From IMG/VR virus record IMGVR_UViG_2718218475_000005, positions 5,418-69,417 of that record: a stretch of DNA of 64,000 nucleotides; one strand, written 5' to 3'. The stretch is from a virus. The notes beneath the pieces are model-generated. The model searched no databases. It was not told the origin of the DNA and saw nothing but the letters and a program-made list of their open reading frames with translations. A program made the translations under genes and the position numbers. Each line of letters begins with the position of its first letter. Within the stretch, counting starts at the first letter, position 1. Shown one piece after another: positions 53,925 through 62,610 of this stretch.

Positions 53925-54680
53925 TTAGGCATCTTCGTTCTCCTCAATCAACTTGTTTAAATACCACTGTGCCTTTTTTAGGTCTTCCAGCAGCTTGCCT
54001 TTGTATGGTGCGCGGTCGATGTATTTATACACGTTAAACAGCAAACCACCCTCATACGCGTTCCAGTCGCTATTTTCAAGGTGTGCCTTGATGTCGTCGA
54101 TTGTTTCGCGTCCGCCATGGTTGTAATGCTGCGGGTGGTCGACGTTGCTGGATTTTGGTTTACTTTCTTTTGGTAAGTTGTCGTGCATGTACTGAATCAT
54201 CTCGGAAATAATATATTCAACATCGCGATATTTGCCATCTTCAAGCACAATCGTGCCATCGCCTTTTACTTGCAATACTTTATGCCACGTACTGTCTGAA
54301 AAGGGCAGCCAATCAAACTTATGGATTGAAATTGGCGAACGATACTTTTCCGTATTATAAATAACACTTTGCCAACGCATGCTAGTTGTTACATTTCCGT
54401 ACCTTACTAGATCGCCGGTTTCGTCACGCATGTAATGATTAACACAACTTACATACTTCTTGGCTTCCTTAACCAATTGTTCAGTTTCGTATGAGTTACC
54501 GACACCAGTGTGAACAGCTGATCCAAATTCATATTTATCCGTGCCAACAATGTTGTACCAAAACGTTCCCGGTACGCGAACAATTGGACGGCCTTGTTCA
54601 TTTCTAGTAATTGCCATTATTTCAATCCTCCATAATGTAGTATCTATTTTCGTCAATCGAATCAATGTACTTATTACCAC
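53925..54680 (-). CDS. Protein with C-terminal DUF3310 domain
   Basis: VDHPQHYNHGGRETID...NVYKYI.RAPYKG..EDLKKAQWYL. Confidence 0.8.
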   Translation of the reverse strand: MVISTLIRLTKIDTTLWRIEIMAITRNEQGRPIVRVPGTFWYNIVGTDKYEFGSAVHTGVGNSYETEQLVKEAKKYVSCVNHYMRDETGDLVRYGNVTTSMRWQSVIYNTEKYRSPISIHKFDWLPFSDSTWHKVLQVKGDGTIVLEDGKYRDVEYIISEMIQYMHDNLPKESKPKSSNVDHPQHYNHGGRETIDDIKAHLENSDWNAYEGGLLFNVYKYIDRAPYKGKLLEDLKKAQWYLNKLIEENEDA

Positions 54681-54916
54681 ATTGATATTGCCAATCCGGC
54701 AATTAAAACGTAAATCGTTAAGGCTTTGGCAAACCCGTGTTTCTCATCTTCAAACGTCATTGAAACAAATAGCACGATCAAGATTAGAAAAACATACGCC
54801 CACATCCAACCATCCCCTATCGATGTGTATACCGCTAAAATAGCCATCCTAGGACAACCACAAATAGCTTGATGCCGCCGACAACTACGAAACAAATCGC
54901 AGTCCATGCTACCCAA
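54674..54916 (-). CDS. Small membrane protein (start uncertain)
   Basis: Hydrophobic C-terminal half. Confidence 0.45.
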   Translation of the reverse strand: MGSMDCDLFRSCRRHQAICGCPRMAILAVYTSIGDGWMWAYVFLILIVLFVSMTFEDEKHGFAKALTIYVLIAGLAISMW

Positions 54917-55075
54917 TCAGCAAGCAAATCTTTAATCGTCATCATTCGCCCTCCATTGACTCTGCCATCGCCATGATCAGTGGATAGTCTTCCCACGCTA
55001 CTTCCGATTCATCTGCGTAGCCCATAGCCTCACAGGCCGCTTGTATGGCCCATGCCGGAATTTCAGTATCCATAT

Positions 55076-55306
55076 CTAATCCCCCTTGTCATTCGGTTCA
55101 ATATCATACCAGCCCTTAGCACACATCAATTTCCAGCGATAATCATCGCTCTTAATAACATGATTTAAGTACTCACAACGCTTGAAGGCGTCACCATAAC
55201 GCTTATAAATCTTTGGGTAGTTTTTCATGATTTCGCCTTGAAAGGTCAGGACGACCATGTAGGCCACTACCGCTTCTTTACCCAATACCATTGATAAACT
55301 TGTCAT
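55076..55306 (-). CDS. Hypothetical protein
   Basis: 76 aa, overlapping rusA stop. Confidence 0.6.
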   Translation of the reverse strand: MTSLSMVLGKEAVVAYMVVLTFQGEIMKNYPKIYKRYGDAFKRCEYLNHVIKSDDYRWKLMCAKGWYDIEPNDKGD

Positions 55307-55722
55307 CCTTGTTCAATCTCCTTAACCTCAATCTCAATCCTCGGCTGCCGGCCATAACGTTTACTAGCGACAATATCTGTTATCAGTGCATCATCTTGCC
55401 AGTAAATACCGTGTAATGCGTCAAGAAACGACTTGATATAATTGTCTAAGTCTGGCTTAACGACTGGTAAGTGTCTGCCATCAATTCGGCGCTGTTTTTC
55501 GACCTTAGACAAGCTTTGCTGTACCGGCCGATAAAATACCAAGGTAACTGCCAAACTGCCTGACAACGGCTGATTTCGATACGTGAGCATGGCTTCCTCA
55601 GCGACAGTCTCTTTGAATTGCTTGACTGCTTTAGGATCATACAGCCGAATCGATCGACCATAGCGTGTAGCTCGCGGTCGTTGCTGCTGAACTGGTGTCA
55701 GCATGAAAGTATGCTTAATCAT
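55303..55722 (-). CDS. rusA: RusA-family Holliday junction resolvase
   Basis: RPR...KPDLDNYIKSFLDAL..IYWQDDALI. Confidence 0.93.
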   Translation of the reverse strand: MIKHTFMLTPVQQQRPRATRYGRSIRLYDPKAVKQFKETVAEEAMLTYRNQPLSGSLAVTLVFYRPVQQSLSKVEKQRRIDGRHLPVVKPDLDNYIKSFLDALHGIYWQDDALITDIVASKRYGRQPRIEIEVKEIEQG

Positions 55723-56299
55723 GTTTATTTTTCAGCCCCGGTACCCAACTAATGTAATAGCCATTAACGACCCCGTTAGACATACTGGCCTGTCTAATCG
55801 AAAACTCTGGGGCGTCAATCTTCTCGCATAATCGTGCCAGGGTTTGATAGGCGATCACTTCGTCAGGATTGTTATACTTCTCAGCACGCCAGTAACCGTT
55901 ATTCAGTGGCAGGCTGTATTTGTGGACTAAATCCTTTACCCGCTTGAATTCAATTGCCGTAGTTTCAGCTATCTGCCTGAGGGAACGTTTGCCATGTTTA
56001 CGTGCTTGCCGAATGGCTTTGATGTCTTCACGCTCTCCCTGCTTCGGGTCTTGTTTCATACTGGCTAGGTAGGCTGCGTCATCCCATAGCTTAGCTGCTT
56101 CCTCTTCAATGACTACTGGGAACTGCCATTCGCCTTGTTGGTACTTTGCCAGTACCAAGCGATGTAGCTCTGGTTCATCGCCAGTAGCTAGCACCCTATG
56201 CTCCTCATCAAACGTCTTGATTGCATACATCTGGAATACCTCCTTATTCTTTTGAAACCAGCTTATTAACGCGTTCAGCCAGCTGCTTCCGTTGTTCAT
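55715..56299 (-). CDS. Hypothetical replication-region protein with HTH-like segment
   Basis: SLRQIAETT.IEFKRV. Confidence 0.65.
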   Translation of the reverse strand: MNNGSSWLNALISWFQKNKEVFQMYAIKTFDEEHRVLATGDEPELHRLVLAKYQQGEWQFPVVIEEEAAKLWDDAAYLASMKQDPKQGEREDIKAIRQARKHGKRSLRQIAETTAIEFKRVKDLVHKYSLPLNNGYWRAEKYNNPDEVIAYQTLARLCEKIDAPEFSIRQASMSNGVVNGYYISWVPGLKNKHD

Positions 56300-57149
56300 C
56301 GGTCAAGGACTTACCTGACTTAGGATTAGAATCCGCCTGAGAAGCGCCATCCTGCGCCCACTTTGGCATAATTTCCTTACGGCGTGGTTTCGAATAACCA
56401 CCCGGCTTATTAGCATTAGCCAATCGTTTGTCGTGATCAGCGGTTGCTTGTTGAGCTTGCGCCAACGTCGTAATCTTTCGTTGCTGCCAACCCTTGATTA
56501 CCGCACGCAAATATTTCAAAGCCCCCCGCGGCTGCACATCGTGTTCACCAGCAATTTGAATGGCGTAAGCCACCAATTCAGGTTTAAACGCCACGAGCCA
56601 TTCATCAATTTCAGGACGAGCAACCCCGTTCGGGAATCCCCACAGGTTGGTCCAGTCGTTAATGACCTGCTCGCGTGTGACCCCCGCGTCATCATCATAA
56701 GAGTCAGTATCAGTCAAGTCAGGGTCAGTACTAGTAAGTTCTTTATGTTCTACTGGTTGACCTCCACCTTGCCCAACCAGTTGACCTACCTCATCTAAAC
56801 CAGTTGGCCTACTTTTATGACTTGTAGTTGGGTTACTGGTTTGGTAACCAGCTGACCTACTATATAAATTAATAATGCGATATTCAGGTGGTTTCACATT
56901 TTTCTTGCCTCTAACGTATTTAATTAGTCCTAGTTGCACTAATGAGTTGCGTGCTTTATCAAGGCCGGGTTCGGATAGTCCTGTCAGACTGAGTAATGCC
57001 GAATTTTTCATGCGAAACTGAACGTCCAACTTGCCTTCGTCGTTCGCATAGTCTAGTAACTCGCGATACAGATTATTTTGGCCGTTAGAGACACTCGCTT
57101 CATACATTTTAAAATTACGGTAGGCCCGTCGTTGTTTGAAGTAATCCAA
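56244..57149 (-). CDS. Replication initiator (N-terminal wHTH + DnaD domain)
   Basis: ARNSLVQLGLIKY; KYLRAVIKGWQQRKITTLAQ DnaD motif. Confidence 0.88.
   Translation of the reverse strand: MDYFKQRRAYRNFKMYEASVSNGQNNLYRELLDYANDEGKLDVQFRMKNSALLSLTGLSEPGLDKARNSLVQLGLIKYVRGKKNVKPPEYRIINLYSRSAGYQTSNPTTSHKSRPTGLDEVGQLVGQGGGQPVEHKELTSTDPDLTDTDSYDDDAGVTREQVINDWTNLWGFPNGVARPEIDEWLVAFKPELVAYAIQIAGEHDVQPRGALKYLRAVIKGWQQRKITTLAQAQQATADHDKRLANANKPGGYSKPRRKEIMPKWAQDGASQADSNPKSGKSLTDEQRKQLAERVNKLVSKE
56775..56860. repeat. Iteron-like repeats (phage origin) inside initiator
   Basis: aaccagytgrcctac at 56775, 56798, 56846. Confidence 0.75.
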
Positions 57150-57228
57150 ATTCGTCCCTCCTTTACTAATGGGCCTTTCACCCGTTCGGTGGATTCAGTC
57201 ACTGCTGCATTCAAGCCAATTCGAATGG

Positions 57229-58194
57229 TTATTTCTTATCAAATGCTGCTAACAATCCTTGTAGCTGACTCTTAGCATCCTCTGCTTGTGCTACTGTCAG
57301 ATTCTTCCAATCGTCGTCAGTCCCTTTCCAATCAGGGACAATTTGTTGAATAACCTCATTAGTCACTGATAATGGTGTGCCATTCTTGGTTTGGGTGGCC
57401 AGTTCACCAGCAAGGTTAGCAATCTCACTCGTCTGTTTTGAACTAGCAATGATAGTGGTAGGATCAAAATCTTCATTTACTTCATCGTCAGTTGCGGGCT
57501 GTTGCTTGCCAGCTAGTAATAATTTAGCAGCTGTCTTAAATTCGGCCTTCTTGGCGTTTTCAGCGAGCCATTCGATATAGCCTCGATTTTCGTTCATAAC
57601 TTCGCCCATGGTCTTGCCATTATTTTTACCGAAGTTCAGTTTCAAATTGAAGGCTTCATCGTACGTCATGGTTTCGTTATTCTCACGTTGGTTAAAGTTC
57701 TGCATATCTTCGACATCTTGCGTGAAGACATTTGATAAACTAGCGATGGTCAGTGTGGCATCAACTTGAGCTCGCTTTTTTGCCATCTTCAATACCGTGT
57801 TTTTCATTGAAAAGCCATCACGAGAAACGTACTTACTCTCTTTGGTATTTGCCGACCCTAATCCCTCAGTTAATTGCATACCGCTCTTGTATAGCACGCA
57901 CTTGACGGTGTAGTCGAAATAACCCGAATCGTAGTCCTCAACCTTATCAATGACGTTATACTCGCTATTAACGCCCATCAGCATTTGAATCTTCTCGGCT
58001 CCAGGCTTCAACAATGTGGGTTTCTGTGTACCAGGGACGACCCCAAAATCTTGACCATCTTTTAGTTGATGTTGAACCATCGTTTGAAAATTAGAGATAG
58101 CCTGTAGTTCGCTAGCCATCTTGTTTTGATCAGTACCCATGATTAGGGATAGACTGTTCGTTTGATCTTCTGCTTTCGCGATTGCTTCACTCAT
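57229..58194 (-). CDS. Probable single-strand annealing recombinase
   Basis: KPTLLKPGAEKI...G.GSANTKE...NTVLKMAKKRA pattern; position next to Gam-like gene. Confidence 0.55.
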   Translation of the reverse strand: MSEAIAKAEDQTNSLSLIMGTDQNKMASELQAISNFQTMVQHQLKDGQDFGVVPGTQKPTLLKPGAEKIQMLMGVNSEYNVIDKVEDYDSGYFDYTVKCVLYKSGMQLTEGLGSANTKESKYVSRDGFSMKNTVLKMAKKRAQVDATLTIASLSNVFTQDVEDMQNFNQRENNETMTYDEAFNLKLNFGKNNGKTMGEVMNENRGYIEWLAENAKKAEFKTAAKLLLAGKQQPATDDEVNEDFDPTTIIASSKQTSEIANLAGELATQTKNGTPLSVTNEVIQQIVPDWKGTDDDWKNLTVAQAEDAKSQLQGLLAAFDKK

Positions 58195-58196
58195 AA

Positions 58197-58709
58197 TTAA
58201 TCCTCCTTAGCTTTCACAGAAATTTTGGGCTTTTTGAGTGACCCAGAATATCCTGGCAGCGCCTTTAGATTTGAGTCCATGATTTTGCCATCAGGGGTTG
58301 CATAGAGCTCTCCACTTGCTAATCGATTCTTGATTTCCGTTTCGTTTACACTCCGGGACGTCTTAATCAAGGTATCGTCAAAGCGTTCAAAGACTGCTGT
58401 AAGCTCTTTGGGTGTCGCGTCCTTATCTCGTTCAAGGTTCCAGTTACGAGACGTATTAGGATTAACGGTGCCCATTTTGAAGCGAAAGAACTCAGTATCA
58501 ACTTGTTCTTGATCACCCATTGCCATTCGCTGTAATTCTTGTAGTTGGTCAATTTGCTCATCGACCGTCTTGATGGCCTTTCGATACTTATCAACTTCAA
58601 TTTGCGGTTTTAGCATGGCCTTTTTAAAAGCCTTCTTATCTCGGGTAGCCTGCTCAAGCTTGGCTTCCATTTCATCGAGCGTCATGCCCGCAGTTTCTTC
58701 TTTAATCAT
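58197..58709 (-). CDS. Gam-like / Gp157-like coiled-coil protein
   Basis: Coiled-coil N-terminus, IKT...VNETEIK. Confidence 0.6.
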   Translation of the reverse strand: MIKEETAGMTLDEMEAKLEQATRDKKAFKKAMLKPQIEVDKYRKAIKTVDEQIDQLQELQRMAMGDQEQVDTEFFRFKMGTVNPNTSRNWNLERDKDATPKELTAVFERFDDTLIKTSRSVNETEIKNRLASGELYATPDGKIMDSNLKALPGYSGSLKKPKISVKAKED

Positions 58710-58833
58710 TCTCATCGTCCTCCTCATCAGCAATGACGCCACTTTCAATCAGCTCTTCCTCAGTAGGTTCATCATCACGCCAGCCTTCCGCAGCTTCTTC
58801 TTGGTCAACCAGCCAGCTATCGTAGCCGTTCAT
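58702..58833 (-). CDS. Small acidic protein
   Basis: MNGYDSWLVDQEE...; GGAGGT RBS. Confidence 0.5.
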   Translation of the reverse strand: MNGYDSWLVDQEEAAEGWRDDEPTEEELIESGVIADEEDDEND

Positions 58834-59203
58834 TTGGCCCACCTCCGTGCTAAACGTTGTCTTAGTGACTGTTTCGGAGTACAATAGAATTCGAAAATGA
58901 AATTGTTAAGCGTCTTAGCTGCACGGGTACTACCAATACTCGAGCAGCTTTTTTCGTACTCAAATTTAGGCTTTAGCGATACTTTGCGTACTTCCAATTC
59001 GTTCAGCCTCCTTAAACGTGTCAAAAAGATTATCTAACTCCTGAATCGTGAGCTGTTTGTAAAGCACATTTCCAATCCTGAATGTAAATTTCATCGTCTT
59101 CATCTCCTTAAACACCAAACAAGTTACTAATTTCATGTCGTTTGTACCAAAGAACAGTCGATATCCAGCCTACTATTGCTCCTTCAATCATTTTGAATCC
59201 TCC

Positions 59204-59500
59204 TTACGCTCGTATTTGATTGTCGGCCATCCACTTTTCTAAAGCTTTTTGTGAAAATGAATCTTTTGTACCCTTCTTGAAATGTGGGAATCCAGGCTGA
59301 TAGTAATAAAAATCTTTTAATGTATCCACACTGCATCCAAGCATACTAGCAGCTTGCTGTTGGTTTAATCCCTGATCCGGTGTGTAATACTTTTTTACCA
59401 ATAATTCCAGTTGTGGCATGATTCTATCAGCTACAGCAACGGCTACAGCATCAATAAACTCAGTATCGTCATTTTGCGTTGAGATCATCATCTCTATCAC
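59204..59500 (-). CDS. Excisionase-like HTH protein
   Basis: LNQQQAASMLGCSVDTL...FSQKALEKW. Confidence 0.7.
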   Translation of the reverse strand: MIEMMISTQNDDTEFIDAVAVAVADRIMPQLELLVKKYYTPDQGLNQQQAASMLGCSVDTLKDFYYYQPGFPHFKKGTKDSFSQKALEKWMADNQIRA

Positions 59501-60093
59501 TCCTTCCTATGTTTAACAACGCCATCTTTAAACCACTTTTTCATGCGCTGCTTAAGTTGATCTTGCATGGACAAATCAAAGCCACGACATACATATGCGA
59601 TTAGGTTTAACAAGTAAAGCACTGCATCGAAACATTCAGCCACTAATTTCTTGGGATCATCAAAGTCATTTGGCTTCAAATCCTCTTTGGGTATCGTTAG
59701 CTCGTCAAGCGAATCCTGAATAGCCGCTAGTGCTTGACTTAATTCCGGCATAGTTTTCACGGCCATTGCTAGTGGTTCCTTCATAATTCGATCGCCATCA
59801 ATTACCGGTGTCGTAACGCCGACAAATCGATGAGCCAGTTCAATTGCAAAAAATTGATTTTGATTGGGCAATGCTGCTAGAAATGCGGGCACCGACTCTA
59901 TTCGAATGCGGGCCTGATCATGCCTTTGTTTGTAAATTAACGTTACCGAGTAGCCTACCTTGCCGCTCAGTTCAATAGGCGCTACGCTGTTATGATTCAT
60001 TACATCAGTCAACGTGCTACCTGCAAATACTGAGCTAGACTGTGTTGACATTCCATCACCACCTTTCAGTTTTATGGGTTTAACCTGAATCAA
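59497..60093 (-). CDS. Hypothetical early DNA-binding protein
   Basis: 198-aa ORF; start probably MSTQSS after GGTG. Confidence 0.7.
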   Translation of the reverse strand: MIQVKPIKLKGGDGMSTQSSSVFAGSTLTDVMNHNSVAPIELSGKVGYSVTLIYKQRHDQARIRIESVPAFLAALPNQNQFFAIELAHRFVGVTTPVIDGDRIMKEPLAMAVKTMPELSQALAAIQDSLDELTIPKEDLKPNDFDDPKKLVAECFDAVLYLLNLIAYVCRGFDLSMQDQLKQRMKKWFKDGVVKHRKE

Positions 60094-60111
60094 AAACGCC
60101 GGATAATATAA

Positions 60112-60294
60112 TTAAGAATTAATCATTTCATAGAACTCGTTTCGGTCCCCATCGTGAATCATAGCTATCAGCTCTTGAAGCTCGTCTTCCGACATCCAAA
60201 ATGTCTTAGCATTAATCAGACTCGGCGACACTGCTGGGAGTAGTTCGATGATTGAATCGACAAGTTCACGTTTGCGATTTTTAATTGCTTGCAT
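60112..60294 (-). CDS. Hypothetical protein
   Basis: 60 aa, GGAGG RBS. Confidence 0.7.
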   Translation of the reverse strand: MQAIKNRKRELVDSIIELLPAVSPSLINAKTFWMSEDELQELIAMIHDGDRNEFYEMINS

Positions 60295-60373
60295 GTTGTT
60301 TCCTCCGTTCCTTGAAAAATTAATAGTTTTATTTGCTCCTTATGCGATAATTGAGCATGAGGAGGTGATTAAA

Positions 60374-60652
60374 ATGTCAGGCAGAAAAAATTATTTAATT
60401 TCATTTGATCCAACTGTAAATAAGTGGGAATCTGTTAAAAATTCTGTAATTCTTCATCCAAGTGATAGATTTATAAAGATTTTTGAGGGAGCTATTATCG
60501 TTAGTTCCTATACATCTTCTAAAGAAGATGTTCTAAAAAGTCTTTTAAGCCATTCGCTCACTCAGTTTTTAATTACACCAGTTTCAATGCCACCACTGGA
60601 TGGTGCTACAAATGAATATAACTGGGATTATCTAAAGAAAAATATGTTTTAG
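60374..60652 (+). CDS. Antisense moron, 92-aa hypothetical
   Basis: GAGGAGGTG RBS before ATG 60374. Confidence 0.7.
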   Translation: MSGRKNYLISFDPTVNKWESVKNSVILHPSDRFIKIFEGAIIVSSYTSSKEDVLKSLLSHSLTQFLITPVSMPPLDGATNEYNWDYLKKNMF

Positions 60653-60909
60653 ATAGCTGTTCGAGTTTCACAAACATCAATAATTAAGTGAACATCATAT
60701 TTAGTTTGAAGAGTTGCTATTTGTGGTAGTAACTCTTTAATTTTGTCTACTGACTCTAAATGGATTCTTAACTCCATTTGTCGTTTCATCTGCTCACCTC
60801 CTTTCCCCACCTCCTGCGATATAATGATTGCAAGGAGGTGAATAATTATGAACTTAGAAGATAAAGCCAGAGAAGATAAAGCCAGAGAGATTCTTAAGAC
60901 TAAGGGCAT
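60649..60909 (-). CDS. Small early protein (start probably MKRQMEL near 60789)
   Basis: GGAGGTG RBS before internal ATG. Confidence 0.5.
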   Translation of the reverse strand: MPLVLRISLALSSLALSSKFIIIHLLAIIISQEVGKGGEQMKRQMELRIHLESVDKIKELLPQIATLQTKYDVHLIIDVCETRTAI

Positions 60910-61012
60910 TGAAATTACATGTCCTTCTTGCCATCAAAAATTCACGGCATTTGCAGATCCAGCTCTATACCCACACTGTCATAAATCATTTACAGTGAAA
61001 TTTAATTTTTGA
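60848..61012 (+). CDS. Antisense moron, 54-aa Zn-ribbon-like peptide
   Basis: AAGGAGGTG RBS; MNLEDKAREDKARE...CPSC...YPHC. Confidence 0.6.
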   Translation: MNLEDKAREDKAREILKTKGIEITCPSCHQKFTAFADPALYPHCHKSFTVKFNF

Positions 61013-61160
61013 CTTTTTGATGGAATCTTAGATTCATATGAGTTATCTCGTCTGCCAACGAGGTAGCTTTTTTTAAATAACGATCATGTTTTCTTTTCAA
61101 ACGTTCATACTTACACTTGTCGCGCCAATCTACGAAAAGTTCTATCGTATTTTGTTTCAT
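61002..61160 (-). CDS. 52-aa early protein after Cro
   Basis: MKQNTIELFVDW... read by hand; AGGAGG RBS overlapping cro stop. Confidence 0.55.
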   Translation of the reverse strand: MKQNTIELFVDWRDKCKYERLKRKHDRYLKKATSLADEITHMNLRFHQKVKN

Positions 61161-61411
61161 TTTGCCGCCTCCTTTGGTTTTGTATAACTTTTGTCAACAT
61201 TAGGAATAAAAAAAATATCCGTCACTTCAACTCCCAGCTTGTCTGCAATCTTTTTTGCTGTCCTTTTACCAACTGGTTTCTTCCCATTGATAATTGAAGA
61301 CATATAACTAGGGCCAATGTTAACATGGCTTGACAATGATTTCTGAGTATATCCATGCCATGCCAATAAAACATCGATTTTCTTTTTGCCAACTACATAT
61401 AGTTGAACCAT
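61157..61411 (-). CDS. Cro-like XRE repressor
   Basis: YTQKSLS..VNIGPSYMSSIING HTH; divergent from repressor. Confidence 0.88.
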   Translation of the reverse strand: MVQLYVVGKKKIDVLLAWHGYTQKSLSSHVNIGPSYMSSIINGKKPVGKRTAKKIADKLGVEVTDIFFIPNVDKSYTKPKEAAK

Positions 61412-61442
61412 CCGATTACCTCCTTTCTTAACTTACATTTAT

Positions 61443-61527
61443 ATAATACCATCCGTAAAACTTTTGTCAACGATTTTTATATAAAAGTTTTACAAATCAT
61501 TTAAGTATTTTTGACTTTTGTTATACT
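61443..61527. promoter_or_regulatory. Genetic switch: divergent promoters with repeated operator TAAAACTTTTGTC
   Basis: Motif at 61455-61471, inverted variant 61481-61494, variant 61511-61527, extra copy in cro at 61182-61198; TTGACA-16-TATTAT toward cro. Confidence 0.7.
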
Positions 61528-61552
61528 AAAATCATTAGGAGGACTGATATGA

Positions 61553-62071
61553 ATGGATTCAATAACACCGGAAGAGTTCGGGAACTCATTGAAAGAGATT
61601 CGTCTGCGGAAACATTTTTCATTGCGACAAGTCTCACAACAATCTAAAACCGATAGTAAACCTGCAATTTCACCATCTTATTGGTCACTTGTTGAACGTG
61701 GAGAAAGGAACATACCTAAAGTAGATACTTTGGTTCGCATGGCTAAAGGGCTGAGAATTACGCGAGAAGAAATTCTTAATCTTGCTGGCCTATCTTCTGC
61801 AAACAACAGCATAAACAGTGAATCCTCTGATAATAAAAAACATTACTACGATCTAACGGAAAAAGATGAAAAAAGCATCGATAAGGAACTTGAAGATATG
61901 ATGAACGGGCTCGACTCTAAACATTCACTATCATTTTTCCAAAATGGACAAGAGCTATCTGATCAGGACAAAGAACTACTCAAAGCGTCCATGCGTCAAA
62001 CATTAGAATTATCCAAACAATTAGCAAAAAGAAAATTCACTCCTAAAAAATATCGTAATGGAGAGGAATAA
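61553..62071 (+). CDS. CI/ImmR-like XRE repressor
   Basis: SLRQVS...ISPSYWSLVERGERN HTH; adjacent to ImmA. Confidence 0.9.
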   Translation: MDSITPEEFGNSLKEIRLRKHFSLRQVSQQSKTDSKPAISPSYWSLVERGERNIPKVDTLVRMAKGLRITREEILNLAGLSSANNSINSESSDNKKHYYDLTEKDEKSIDKELEDMMNGLDSKHSLSFFQNGQELSDQDKELLKASMRQTLELSKQLAKRKFTPKKYRNGEE

Positions 62072-62085
62072 TAGGAGCTGGTTAT

Positions 62086-62508
62086 ATGGAACGGTGGATT
62101 GAAGAAGATATTGACCACTTAACCAACAGGTTTGGGATTCAAAGTGCTTTTGATTTGGCGCGTGACTTGGGTATTAACGTGCAATTCAATAACCTTGGCA
62201 ACAATATTTACGGCTACAATAACAACTCACATCGAATCCCAATGATTGTCATTAACAACACAATTGATGAACGAACTCAAGATGGTGTTTGCTATCATGA
62301 AATTTTTCATATACGACATCACAAGGGATTTAATACGCAGTTTTTTGCGGTAAATACGACAAGCTTTCTATCCGATGGTAATGAAACTGAGGCTAATAAG
62401 TTTATGCTGGCCATGTTGAAAGATGAATATGGTTGGAGCAAACAAGAAGATGTTTTAGACTTCTTAGATTTTTTCAAGTTACCACACGAACTGGCTTCGC
62501 TGATCTAA
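62086..62508 (+). CDS. ImmA/IrrE-family metallopeptidase (anti-repressor)
   Basis: HEIFH HExxH, ETEANKF. Confidence 0.92.
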   Translation: MERWIEEDIDHLTNRFGIQSAFDLARDLGINVQFNNLGNNIYGYNNNSHRIPMIVINNTIDERTQDGVCYHEIFHIRHHKGFNTQFFAVNTTSFLSDGNETEANKFMLAMLKDEYGWSKQEDVLDFLDFFKLPHELASLI

Positions 62509-62610
62509 AAGTGCTGACCAGATAGGAAGTCATTAAAAGCTAGGGGGTTAGAATTTAATCGTCATGGGGATTTCTATTTGGGGAAATATTAATTTGGAGG
62601 AGTTAAAAAC

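Noticed and set aside
50719-56860. Short periodic repeats (50719-50768, 56775-56860) as CRISPR arrays
   Set aside because: Units of 11-15 bp without unique spacers and no cas genes; better explained as activator boxes and iterons.
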